Assembly: GCA_039033275.1 (NCBI GenBank)
Contig: JBCCCX010000001.1
Coordinates: 1 to 53,991, forward strand
Source of the DNA: Pseudomonadota bacterium
GTDB lineage: Bacteria; Pseudomonadota; Alphaproteobacteria; Caulobacterales; Maricaulaceae
Direction: 5' to 3'
DNA length: 53,991 nucleotides
Shown: piece after piece, positions 37,713-48,712 of the stretch
Numbering within the stretch: the stretch's first letter is position 1
Layout: each line of letters opens with the position of its first letter
Notes under the pieces: model-generated
What the model was told of the DNA's origin: nothing
The model's input: the letters and a program-made list of their open reading frames with translations, nothing else
Databases searched by the model: none
Program-made: the position numbers and the translations under genes

Positions 37713-38345
37713 TCAGCCGGGGGCACCCACGACGCGCATCGTCAGGTTGATGCGCCCGCCGCGGGGCACGAGCGCGCTCTGCCCGTAATGGATCCGCGGC
37801 ACGCCGTGGTGGCAGCGCCGGGCCTCTCCGGCCAGCACGACCACATCGCCGGAGTGCAGGCGCAAGCCCTGGGTCCTGCCGCCCCGGACGGGTCCGCCGA
37901 TGCGGAAATCCGCCGGATCGCCCAGACTGACCGATACAACTGGGGCGTCTGTGGCGTGCTCGTCGCGGTCCACATGCATCCCCATGCGTGCGCCTTCGCG
38001 ATACCAGTTGATCAGGCAAGCCTCCGGCGGGCCGGGCCAGTCCGTCACCGCGTCCCACAGCTTCAGCAGACGCTCCGGCAGAGGTGGCCACGGCGCGCCT
38101 GTCTTGGGATGGACTGCCTCGTACCGGTATCCGCCCGCCCGGTCCGTGACCCAGCCCAGCGGTCCGAAATTGCTCATCACGACGGAAAGCGGCGCGCCCG
38201 TGCGCGGCATGGTCGGCTGGAAGAAGGGCGCCTGCGCGATTCCCGCCGCCACCGCATCGATAAGGGTTCGCTGCTCTGCCGGATCGAAATAGAGTGGGTA
38301 GTGGGCGAAGCCGGGCGGGAAGGCCCTGGAGGCGTGTCCCGTCAC
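37713..38345 (-). CDS. alkB: Alpha-ketoglutarate-dependent dioxygenase AlkB
   Basis: GWVTD..GYRY, ACLINWY, HVD, HGV and RINLTMR motifs. Confidence 0.93.
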   Translation of the reverse strand: MTGHASRAFPPGFAHYPLYFDPAEQRTLIDAVAAGIAQAPFFQPTMPRTGAPLSVVMSNFGPLGWVTDRAGGYRYEAVHPKTGAPWPPLPERLLKLWDAVTDWPGPPEACLINWYREGARMGMHVDRDEHATDAPVVSVSLGDPADFRIGGPVRGGRTQGLRLHSGDVVVLAGEARRCHHGVPRIHYGQSALVPRGGRINLTMRVVGAPG

Positions 38346-39745
38346 GGGTCCGTGTCCGGCCGGGGCACGCGGATGACCTGTCCGACATAGACCTTGTCCG
38401 GGTCGGGGACGGTCCCGGCATTCATCGTGTGAAGCTCCTTCCAGCGCGCGGCAGAGCCCATGAACGTTTCCGCGACCGAGCCGAGCGTGTCGCCCTTGAT
38501 AATGGTGTAGAACATATAGTCGCCGCCACCCCGGCGTTCGTCCCGCAGGCCGCGTTCCGCCTTGACGTGGTAGGGCGCGTCGAAGCGGAGTACGTCCAGC
38601 GTCGCGGACAGAGAGGCCAGGTTGGCGGGTCTATAGGGTCCGTTCTCGCCCCGGAGGACCCAGCGGCGCTGCGCGCTCTCATGGACCTGGTGCAAACCGC
38701 CGGGTGCGTGGGCGCGGTCCCGCTTGCGCATGTTCATGACACTGACCTTCTTGGGCGGCGCGGACGTGTTGCGCAGCGGCGCGCGGAAATCCGGGAAGAT
38801 CGAGTAGACGGCCGAGGATGGCGAGGCGTCCAGCACGAGACCGGCCTGCTTGGCGCCGTCCAGCACCCAGGCGAAGGCCCCGTCCGACAGGCCTCTAATG
38901 TCCCCGCCACCCCCGACGGAGCCGTGGTCGCCCGGAAAGAACTGCTCCTGTATGGGTCGGTCCGGATCGTTTGGCCCGTAGCCCAGCCTCGCATTGGCCT
39001 TTTGCAGATCACCCCACGGCTCGGAGTGGAAATAGCGCCGCCGTTCGTCCAGCGCCACGGCGTGCCGCCCCGCCACGACGATGCCGCTCAGCCGGTGGTC
39101 GTGATAGTCATAGTCGGAATCCGTGAAGCTCTTGTCCTTGCGGTTCTTGAATGTGGACTTGGCGAGGTTGCCTAACCCCAGCGACTCCACCGTGTCCCAT
39201 AGGCCGACATAGCGGAACTTGAAGGGCAGGGACGATCCTGGCTGGTAGCCTTCCACAGTGTTGCATCGGTGCGTCTCGTCTTCGCCGCAGGTCGAGACAT
39301 GGCCGGAATATCGTGCGCGAAAGTCTAGCAGGTCGGGATGGGCGAAGCCCTTGCGCTTGCGGTAGAGCCGGATGCCCTCATTGACCTTGCCGATATGGTA
39401 GCGCTGGATGATGCCGATGCTGCGCACCAGCCCGACGAAGGACCGGGCGGTAAAGGCTCCGCGCGAAAAGCCGAACACGTAGACGTCGTCATGCGGCTCG
39501 TAGTTGAACATGAGGAAGCGGTAGGCTTCCGACAGGTTCTGCAGCACGCCGAAGCCGAAGCCGCCATCCACTAGCCGCCGGACCTTGCTGCCTTCCGTTC
39601 CCACGCCCTCGTCATAATGGACGATCTGGCTGGTTCCGCGGGACGTGATGGGCGCAACTCCCGTCGCCAGCATCAGCACGTTGGTGGGTTCTTCGGCGTC
39701 GATGCGGTTCCATGTGCCGTCGAAACAGATGACGATGCGCTTCAT
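38342..39745 (-). CDS. DUF2235 (Tle1-like alpha/beta hydrolase) with C-terminal LysM domain
   Basis: CFDGTWN, GFSRGAFTAR, GLWDTV and FPGDHGSVGGG motifs; LysM YTIIKGDTL..N..PDKVYVGQVIRVP. Confidence 0.85.
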   Translation of the reverse strand: MKRIVICFDGTWNRIDAEEPTNVLMLATGVAPITSRGTSQIVHYDEGVGTEGSKVRRLVDGGFGFGVLQNLSEAYRFLMFNYEPHDDVYVFGFSRGAFTARSFVGLVRSIGIIQRYHIGKVNEGIRLYRKRKGFAHPDLLDFRARYSGHVSTCGEDETHRCNTVEGYQPGSSLPFKFRYVGLWDTVESLGLGNLAKSTFKNRKDKSFTDSDYDYHDHRLSGIVVAGRHAVALDERRRYFHSEPWGDLQKANARLGYGPNDPDRPIQEQFFPGDHGSVGGGGDIRGLSDGAFAWVLDGAKQAGLVLDASPSSAVYSIFPDFRAPLRNTSAPPKKVSVMNMRKRDRAHAPGGLHQVHESAQRRWVLRGENGPYRPANLASLSATLDVLRFDAPYHVKAERGLRDERRGGGDYMFYTIIKGDTLGSVAETFMGSAARWKELHTMNAGTVPDPDKVYVGQVIRVPRPDTDP

Positions 39746-39898
39746 ACAGGTCTCCGGCGTGTGTCATTCGTTTGCTGTGGGCGCGAGTTCGCGCGGCAAT
39801 GGCCCCCGTTTTCGTCCTAGCAGATCGCGCGCTTCGGATCATCCGTGTCAATGGACCATCGTTAGCCGGAACTCACCGCAAGAATCTGGCGTCTTTCC

Positions 39899-39926
39899 CT
39901 TGCAGGCTGGAAATCCCCTCCCATAT
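39899..39926 (+). promoter_or_regulatory. RpoH (sigma32) promoter of dnaK
   Basis: CTTGCA-N14-TCCCATAT. Confidence 0.75.
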
Positions 39927-40032
39927 CGGTCTCTGAACGCTCCTGCCGGGCCTTTTGAAGGACGTCGGGAACTCGCATCATATTGATTTCGTTGGACGCT
40001 GCGAAGTGCAGGTCCGAAAGAGGAGAAACCCC

Positions 40033-41961
<1,929 letters not shown>

Positions 41962-41974
41962 GTCGCGTCAGATC

Positions 41975-42003
41975 AGGCCCCGCCGGCAACGGCGGGGCCT
42001 TTT
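41975..42003 (+). terminator. Intrinsic terminator after dnaK
   Basis: AGGCCCCGCCG-GCAA-CGGCGGGGCCT followed by TTT. Confidence 0.8.
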
Positions 42004-42044
42004 GCATGGGCCGCACCGCGTTTTCGCATGCCGTCCGCTGCACA

Positions 42045-42869
42045 ATGGGGACCCCGACACACGACCGGCCATTCGGCCATTTCGCCCTGCCGCCGGCGCG
42101 CGAGCGCATCCGCGCGGGCGCGGACGCATGCGCGGACACGCGCCTCGGGCGCTGGGCCATCAGCGCCCGGCGCAAGCGTGCCGTCCGGGGCCTGACCGAG
42201 CCGTTCGACGTCGCAGTCGCACCCCATGTACGGGCGCGCCTCTACCCGTCGGACAATCGTTGCGAAAAACGCGCCTTGGCCGGGGTGCAGGTCTGGGACG
42301 CGGATGAACGCCGCGCCCTTCGGAAAGCTGTCGAAAACGGTTCCGGCTCGTTCGTCTTCCTGGATGTCGGTTCCAATGCCGGGCTCTATACCTTGTTCGT
42401 CCATGCCTATGCCCGCGCCGCAGACCGCCCCGTGAGGCTCATCGCCGTCGAGCCGAGCGCGGAGATGGCGGCGCGCCTGCAAGTCAATGCGGCAGCATCC
42501 GGCGCTGCCGTGGAGCTGGTCAGATCCGCTGTGTCCGATGCGCCGGGTGAAGCCCTTCTCTCCGACGGGGACGGCAACCGGGGCGAAGCCAGGATTTCGG
42601 ACGAGGGCGCATCCGTTCCGGTCGAAACGCTGGCGGGGCTGTGCGCACGTCTGGGTGTCGCGCGCATCGACGCGATGAAGATCGACATAGAGGGCCACGA
42701 CGAACGCGCCCTACGAGCCTTCGTCGCAGACGCGCCCGCCTCGCTGCACCCGCATCTGCTGATCGCCGAAACTGCAAGCGGGGACAGTCCCATCGTTGAA
42801 CTGACCCGCGCGCAAAACTATCTCTTGGCGGACGCCACGTCTCTCAACGCCATTCTGAAGAAACGCTAG
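42045..42869 (+). CDS. FkbM family methyltransferase
   Basis: FLDVGSNAGLY, AVEP and MKIDIEGH motifs. Confidence 0.85.
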   Translation: MGTPTHDRPFGHFALPPARERIRAGADACADTRLGRWAISARRKRAVRGLTEPFDVAVAPHVRARLYPSDNRCEKRALAGVQVWDADERRALRKAVENGSGSFVFLDVGSNAGLYTLFVHAYARAADRPVRLIAVEPSAEMAARLQVNAAASGAAVELVRSAVSDAPGEALLSDGDGNRGEARISDEGASVPVETLAGLCARLGVARIDAMKIDIEGHDERALRAFVADAPASLHPHLLIAETASGDSPIVELTRAQNYLLADATSLNAILKKR

Positions 42870-42882
42870 GTCAGGACCTGCC

Positions 42883-44049
42883 ATGTCCAAACGCGACTAT
42901 TACGACGTGCTGGGGGTCGCCCGCGACGCCGACGCCAAGCAACTGAAATCCGCCTTTCGCAAGAAGGCGATGGAGTGCCACCCGGACCGCCATCCGGACG
43001 ATCCCGAAGCCGAGGGACGGTTTAAGGAACTCAACGAAGCTTATGGCATTCTGTCCGACGACCAGAAGCGCGCCGCCTATGACCGGATGGGCCACGCGGC
43101 CTTCCAGGGCGGGATGGGTGGCGGCGGCGGCTTCCAGGATTTTGGCGACATCTTCAGCCAGATTTTCGGACAAGGGGCTGCGGGCGGTGCCGCCGGCGGG
43201 TTTGCGGACATGTTCGGCGGGCGCACGGGCGGTCGGGCGCAGACCGTCACGCGCGGCAACGACCTGCGCTACGAGATGGAGATCACGCTGGAGGAAGCCT
43301 TCCGCGGCAAGGATGTGGATATTGAAGTGCCCATCGCCGAGGATTGCGAGCGTTGCGATGGCGAGGGTGCGGAACCCGGTGCCAGCGTGGAGACCTGTGG
43401 GACCTGCAACGGCGCGGGCCGCGTGCGCACGCAACAGGGCTTCTTCACCATGGAACGGCCGTGCCCGACCTGCGGCGGCCAGGGCGAATATGTCTCGGAC
43501 CCGTGCCGCGAATGCGACGGCCAGGGCCTGGTCCGCCAGCCCACGGCGCTCGATGTGTCGATCCCGGCGGGCGTCGAGGACGGAACCCGTATTCGGCTTT
43601 CCGGTCAGGGCGACCAGGCCCCGAAGCGCGGCAGTACCAACCGTCAACGCGGCGACCTCTACCTATTCGTGTCCGTCCGCCCGCATGACATGTTCGAGCG
43701 CGAAGGCGCGAACCTGTTCATGCGTGCGCCCGTTCCCATGACGGTGGCGGCGCTAGGCGGCGATATCGAGATCCCGACCATCGACGGCGGCCGCACCAAG
43801 ATCAAGATCGAGGAAGGCAGCCAGCCGGGCCGCCGCCTGCGCCTGCGCGGCAAGGGCATGAGCGTGCTGCGCAGCCAGCAACGCGGGGACATGTATGTCG
43901 ACCTCGCCGTGGAAACGCCCTCGCGCCTATCCGCGCGTCAGCGCGAACTGCTGGAGGAGTTCGCCGCGCTCTCCGGCGACGATGTCAGTCCCGAAAGCCA
44001 GGGCTTCCTGAATAAGGCGAAGCGGTTTTGGGACGAGCTGGTGGACTGA
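42883..44049 (+). CDS. dnaJ: Co-chaperone DnaJ
   Basis: J domain with HPD, G/F-rich region, four CxxCxGxG repeats. Confidence 0.97.
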   Translation: MSKRDYYDVLGVARDADAKQLKSAFRKKAMECHPDRHPDDPEAEGRFKELNEAYGILSDDQKRAAYDRMGHAAFQGGMGGGGGFQDFGDIFSQIFGQGAAGGAAGGFADMFGGRTGGRAQTVTRGNDLRYEMEITLEEAFRGKDVDIEVPIAEDCERCDGEGAEPGASVETCGTCNGAGRVRTQQGFFTMERPCPTCGGQGEYVSDPCRECDGQGLVRQPTALDVSIPAGVEDGTRIRLSGQGDQAPKRGSTNRQRGDLYLFVSVRPHDMFEREGANLFMRAPVPMTVAALGGDIEIPTIDGGRTKIKIEEGSQPGRRLRLRGKGMSVLRSQQRGDMYVDLAVETPSRLSARQRELLEEFAALSGDDVSPESQGFLNKAKRFWDELVD

Positions 44050-44119
44050 CGGACGGCAGCCGGGCGCGCAACACGGCTTTGTGATGAAACCCGGCCAGAG
44101 GGTTGCCTATTGTCGCGCT

Positions 44120-44845
44120 ATGACTTCCGAGACCGCTCCCGACTATTCCGGCCTATCGGCCCTTTTCTTCAATTGTTCGCTCAAGGCCGACAAAGCCGAC
44201 AGTCATACCCAGACGCTGATGGAGGCTTCCATGTCGCTGATGGAAGAGGCAAGCGTGTCGGTGAAGACGGTCCATATGCGCGACCACAACGTCGCCTTCG
44301 GCGTCCAGCCCGACATGACGGAACACGGCGCGGCGCGCGACGATTGGCCGGACCTCTGGACCGAGGTCGAGGCGGCCGACATTCTCGTCATCGCCACGCC
44401 GATCTGGCTGGGTGAGCCGTCTTCCGTATGCCGCCTGCTAATCGAGCGCCTCTACGCCATGTCCGGCAAACTCAATGCGCGCGGCCAGTCCGTTTTCTAC
44501 GGCAAGGTCGGCGGCACTGTCGTCACTGGCAATGAGGATGGGGTAAAGCAGTGCGCGACCAGCATTCTCTATGCGCTGTCGCATCTGGGCTGCACCATCC
44601 CACCTCAGGCCGACTGCGGCTGGATTGGCCCCATCGGGCCGGGTCCCAGTTATGGCGACATAGGCGACGACGGCTCAGTCGTAGGCGCCGATAACGGCTT
44701 CACGAAAAAGAATACGACGATCATGTCCTGGAACCTGATGCACCTCGCCCACATGCTGCGCGGCGGCATTCCGGCCTATGGCAACGACCGCAGGGCTTGG
44801 AAGGATGGCAATCGTTTCGGCTTCGAGAACCCAGAGTATCGTTGA
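44120..44845 (+). CDS. Flavodoxin / NADPH-dependent FMN reductase-like protein
   Basis: NCSLK..SHT, ADILVIATPIWLG and TGNEDG motifs. Confidence 0.85.
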   Translation: MTSETAPDYSGLSALFFNCSLKADKADSHTQTLMEASMSLMEEASVSVKTVHMRDHNVAFGVQPDMTEHGAARDDWPDLWTEVEAADILVIATPIWLGEPSSVCRLLIERLYAMSGKLNARGQSVFYGKVGGTVVTGNEDGVKQCATSILYALSHLGCTIPPQADCGWIGPIGPGPSYGDIGDDGSVVGADNGFTKKNTTIMSWNLMHLAHMLRGGIPAYGNDRRAWKDGNRFGFENPEYR

Positions 44846-45003
44846 ATTTGGCGCGTCCTACGGCAGACCGGGCTGGTCACGCCCATGGCGCGTTTCACGG
44901 TTTCCTGCCTTTTCGTCCTCTCTGCTCCGCGCGTGCGGTCCGGCATGTAATTGTCGAGGGAGAAACGATCGTCGCGGTTGGGTCTTCCCCGTGAGAAGGA
45001 GGC

Positions 45004-45432
45004 TCAGTCGGAACCTTGCAGCAGGACAGAGTCCGCTCGCCTGAAGGTCGCGGCTCCGGCGTTTATTGTCTTCCAGAGATCTTCCGCCTCCTGTTCGTCC
45101 GGTATGTCCTTGGTATAGTGCCATAGCGTGCGGATGAAGGGGCCGTTTTCATCCTCTGAAAGCTGCCCAGACCAGCTGGTGATGGATCCGAAACCGGTAA
45201 AGCGGACGGAAAACGCCACTACGTCGCCCTGCACCCACCCGGTGAGCGGGAACCGGCTGTCGGCGTCGGGTGCGCCCAGTTCGGTCCGGTAGGCCCCGGA
45301 CAGGCGACCAGCCTCCCCCACGCGTAGTTCGACGGCCGAGCCGGCTTCGTTGACCCACACGCCGTCCAGCGGCTGCGCTTGAGCCGCGGTGGCCGTCAGG
45401 GCGAGCAAGGCGACGAGGGCGAATCTACGCAT
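45004..45432 (-). CDS. Secreted avidin/streptavidin family protein
   Basis: Signal peptide (AQA); G.W.N..GS, LSG.Y.T, PLTG, SITSWSGQ, T.W and WK....G..TF motifs. Confidence 0.85.
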   Translation of the reverse strand: MRRFALVALLALTATAAQAQPLDGVWVNEAGSAVELRVGEAGRLSGAYRTELGAPDADSRFPLTGWVQGDVVAFSVRFTGFGSITSWSGQLSEDENGPFIRTLWHYTKDIPDEQEAEDLWKTINAGAATFRRADSVLLQGSD

Positions 45433-46879
45433 TGAGGGTTCCGAGGATAAGATAGATCACCACCGTCAGGCCGCCTGCGATCAGAGCGTAGGGGAGCTGG
45501 GTTCTCACATGGTCGATATGGTCCGAACCGCTTGCCATGGAGGCGATGATGGATGTGTCGCTGGTCGGGCTGCAATGATCGCCGAATACGCCGCCGCCGA
45601 TAGCGGCCGCGATGGCGAGCGACGGGTCGAGACCGTAGCTCGCCGCGAGCGGCACGGCGATCGGGATCATGATGGCGAAGGTGCCCCAGCTGGTGCCGGT
45701 CGAAAACGCAACGAAGCAGCTGATGAGGAAGACCAGCGCGGGCATCAGGGCGGGCGATAGGAATTGGCTGGTCACGTCTGCCGTGAAGACGCCCGTTCCC
45801 AGCGTGCGGCACAGGCTGCCCAGCGCGAAAGCCAGCAGCATGAGAATGGCCAGCGGCAGCATGCCGCCCATCCCTTTCAGTACCGTGTCCGCGCTCTCCC
45901 GCACACCCAGAATGCCCTGCGCCTTGTAAAGCACGATCGCCAACGCCACGGAAAGCGAGGTGGCGTAGAGCACGGCCGTGGAGCCTGATCCGTCCTGCAT
46001 GCGCGCGAACCACGTCGCGCCCTCGCCCGTCATGACTAGAAAAGACGGGACGCCGATGACGAGGGCAAGGATCGGCACGATCATGTTCAGCGCGCGCGGC
46101 GTCGCGCCTGGTACGGGCGGGATGTCGGCGGCGTCCTCGGATATCATCGGCACGGCCCCGTCCCTCAACAGTGTTCCCCGCGCCTCTGCCGCCTTCATCT
46201 CGCCCACGTCGCGGCGGGTGAGGATGACGACGAGGAGAACGCCAATAATCAGCATGGGATAGACATTGAGCATGGCAGCCTGGACGAGCTGCGAGAAGGG
46301 CTGGCTGAGTCCCTCGGCGGCGATCAGGCCCATTAGGTAGGCCCCCCAGGCGTTGAACGGGATCAGCACGCTGGAGGGCGCGCTTCCTGTATCGGCGATG
46401 AAGGCCAGCTTTTCGCGCGGCATGCCGAGCTTATCCGCCACGGGCCGGAACAGCGTGCCGACCGTGAGGATGGAGATGTTGCTCTCGATGAATAGCAGCA
46501 ATCCCGTGGCCAGCGCGAGCAACTCCACCACCACGCGCTGGTTCTTGGCGTCGGCCGTCTTTGTGCGCCGTTCCAGCCATGCGAGCAATCCGGCGATGAA
46601 ACCTGCCACCCCGCCGGAACGCTGGATCAGCGCGATCAGCGCGCCGACGACCAGGGTGAACAGGATGATGCGTGTATTGCCCGCATCGGAAAAGACGGCG
46701 ACGGCTGCGTCGATCGTGTCGAATGTGGCCGCGACCGGATTGCCACCGGCCAGAATCAGATATCCTGACGCGATGCCCAGTCCGAGGCTCAAATAGACCT
46801 GCCGCGTCCACAGGGCGAGACCGATAGCGAGAACGGGCGGGAGCAGCGACCACCATCCGGCTGTATGGGAAACGTCCAT
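45425..46879 (-). CDS. NhaC family Na+/H+ antiporter or solute transporter
   Basis: SLLPP.LAI.LA, REKLA..AD, FSTGTSWGTFAI and FGDHCSP.SD motifs. Confidence 0.88.
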   Translation of the reverse strand: MDVSHTAGWWSLLPPVLAIGLALWTRQVYLSLGLGIASGYLILAGGNPVAATFDTIDAAVAVFSDAGNTRIILFTLVVGALIALIQRSGGVAGFIAGLLAWLERRTKTADAKNQRVVVELLALATGLLLFIESNISILTVGTLFRPVADKLGMPREKLAFIADTGSAPSSVLIPFNAWGAYLMGLIAAEGLSQPFSQLVQAAMLNVYPMLIIGVLLVVILTRRDVGEMKAAEARGTLLRDGAVPMISEDAADIPPVPGATPRALNMIVPILALVIGVPSFLVMTGEGATWFARMQDGSGSTAVLYATSLSVALAIVLYKAQGILGVRESADTVLKGMGGMLPLAILMLLAFALGSLCRTLGTGVFTADVTSQFLSPALMPALVFLISCFVAFSTGTSWGTFAIMIPIAVPLAASYGLDPSLAIAAAIGGGVFGDHCSPTSDTSIIASMASGSDHIDHVRTQLPYALIAGGLTVVIYLILGTLNA

Positions 46880-46981
46880 ACCCGTCGCCTTGCCTTTGAC
46901 GCAGTGTCTTTACAAGCGGACGCGCCGCGCTAGGCGTGGGCAAAAGGCGGCGGTGGGGGCTGCACGTCCGTTGGGGAAACT

Positions 46982-47173
46982 ATGAGCCAGCTATTCCGCA
47001 AGGAAGCCATGGAGCGCCGCTCGCGCGCCTTGTTCGGCGAAGTCATCCTGCGTGGGCCCCTGTCCGGCTGGGCCGTGGGCGGACTGATGCTCGCGACAAG
47101 CGCACTGATCGGGTTCATCCTGTTCGGGATCGAGGTGGGCGAGCAAACGGTCTGGAGCTGGCTGCGTGGTTGA
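46982..47173 (+). CDS. 63-aa protein resembling the N-terminus of CvaA/HlyD adaptors
   Basis: LFRKEA..R..LFGEV.L..P followed by one TM helix; lies upstream of the C39 ABC gene. Confidence 0.6.
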   Translation: MSQLFRKEAMERRSRALFGEVILRGPLSGWAVGGLMLATSALIGFILFGIEVGEQTVWSWLRG

Positions 47174-47251
47174 TTGCCTGTTTCGTTCCTCCGCTTTTGC
47201 CGGCTCGACTGATAGTGGTAAAAGTGGGATCAAGCCCGGCGAGGTAAGGCC

Positions 47252-48500
47252 GTGAAGCCTCTTTTCGCAAAGCGCCTGCCAGTCATCCTTCAGACGGAAA
47301 TGACGGAGTGCGGACTGGCCTGCCTCGCCATGGTCGCGCGCCATCATGGCCACGATGTCGATCTGAACAGCCTGCGCGCCAAGCATCTTCTATCCATGCG
47401 CGGCACGTCGCTGAAGCAGATCATCAAGATCGCGGGCGAGCTGTCCTTGTCGCCGCGCGCCTTGCGCGTCGATCTGGAGCAGCTGGACAAGCTCGCCCTG
47501 CCGGCGATCCTGCATTGGGACCTGAACCATTTCGTCGTGTTGGAGCGGGTGCACGGCGATCGTGTGATGATCGTCGATCCGGGCATCGGCCGGCGCGTCA
47601 TGCCCCTGTCCAAGATATCCGACCATTTCACCGGGGTGGCGCTGGAACTCACGCCGGCTGCCGATTTCCAACCGGTCACGGATCGCATCCGGCCGAAGCT
47701 GACCGACCTCTGGTCGTCCCTGGTCGGGGCGAAGCGGGCTGTGGCGCAGACGTTGTTCCTGTCGCTGGCGCTGCTCGCGACGATCTTGCTCTCGCCCTTT
47801 CTGTTCCAGCTTGTGGTCGATGCCGTTCTGCCTGTGCCGGGCGAGACTGGGGGCGACAGGTCATTGTTGATCGCGCTGGCGCTGGGCTTCGGGGGGCTGG
47901 CCGTGATGCGCGCGGTGGTGGAAGCGGCGCGCGGCTACACCATCGTCACCTTCGGTGCGCAACTGTCGCGCCAAATGGTCGGCAACATCTTCCGCCACCT
48001 CGTACGCCTGCCGGTGCGCTATTTCGAGCGCCGCCATGTGGGCGACATTATCAGCCGGATGAATTCGACCCAGCCGATCCAGGAAGCGTTGTCGCAATCG
48101 GTCGTGTCCGTTCTGATCGACGGGGCCATGGCGGCACTCATGCTGGTGGTGATGTTTGCCTTCTCGCCATTATTGGCGGCGATCGTGGTCGGCACTACGC
48201 TGCTGCTCGTGGCGGCGACCCTGCTCATCTATCCGAAGCTCAGAGCCGCAAAGGAGGAAGCCATCTATATGCGCGCGCTGGAAAACAGCCATGTCATCGA
48301 AAGCATCCGCGCTTCCACGACCGTGAAGCTGTTTGGGCGAGAGGCGGAGCGTGAGGCGAGCTGGGCCAATCTTTTCGCTGACTTCGTCAATGCCGATGTC
48401 GGTCACCAGCGCTGGCAGGTCGCGCAGACCTTCTCCCAGACGCTGATCATCGGTCTGCAGGTCGTGGCGGTCGTCGTGGCGGCGGCTTGGATGATGACGG
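47252..48500 (+). pseudogene. C39-peptidase ABC transporter (CvaB-like), truncated before the ATPase domain
   Basis: LQTEMTECGLACL, LHWDLNHFVV and YFERRHVGDI motifs. The TM domain breaks after AAAWMMT and reads through unrelated DNA to 48682. Confidence 0.85.
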
Positions 48501-48596
48501 CTCGGCATAGATGGCTCCCACCGAAGGCTGGGGTGATAACAGGGTGCCATTCAGGTCAATGGAAATGGCTCGAATTTTTGAAGGATCAAATCGCAT
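48501..48596 (-). pseudogene. 5' fragment of a HAD-superfamily hydrolase gene
   Basis: Manual translation MRFDPSKIRAISIDLNGTLLSPQPSVGAIYAE (HAD motif I-like DxxGTL), ending at the junction. Confidence 0.65.
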
Positions 48597-48712
48597 CTAT
48601 CAGGATGTGTAGGCTGAGTATGTATTCGCGACTGCGCAAGGGTGGTCTGGTCCGCGGAAACGTATTTCTAGGTTGCCATTGAAGGTGGTTCAACGAGTGC
48701 TATACCTCGGTA

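Noticed and set aside
39868-39893. GGAAC-N17-CGTC ECF-like promoter upstream of dnaK
   Set aside because: Imperfect -10 element; the adjacent RpoH promoter explains dnaK expression.
48501-48682. Apparent novel C-terminus of the C39 transporter
   Set aside because: Read-through into the foreign block, antisense to the HAD gene fragment.
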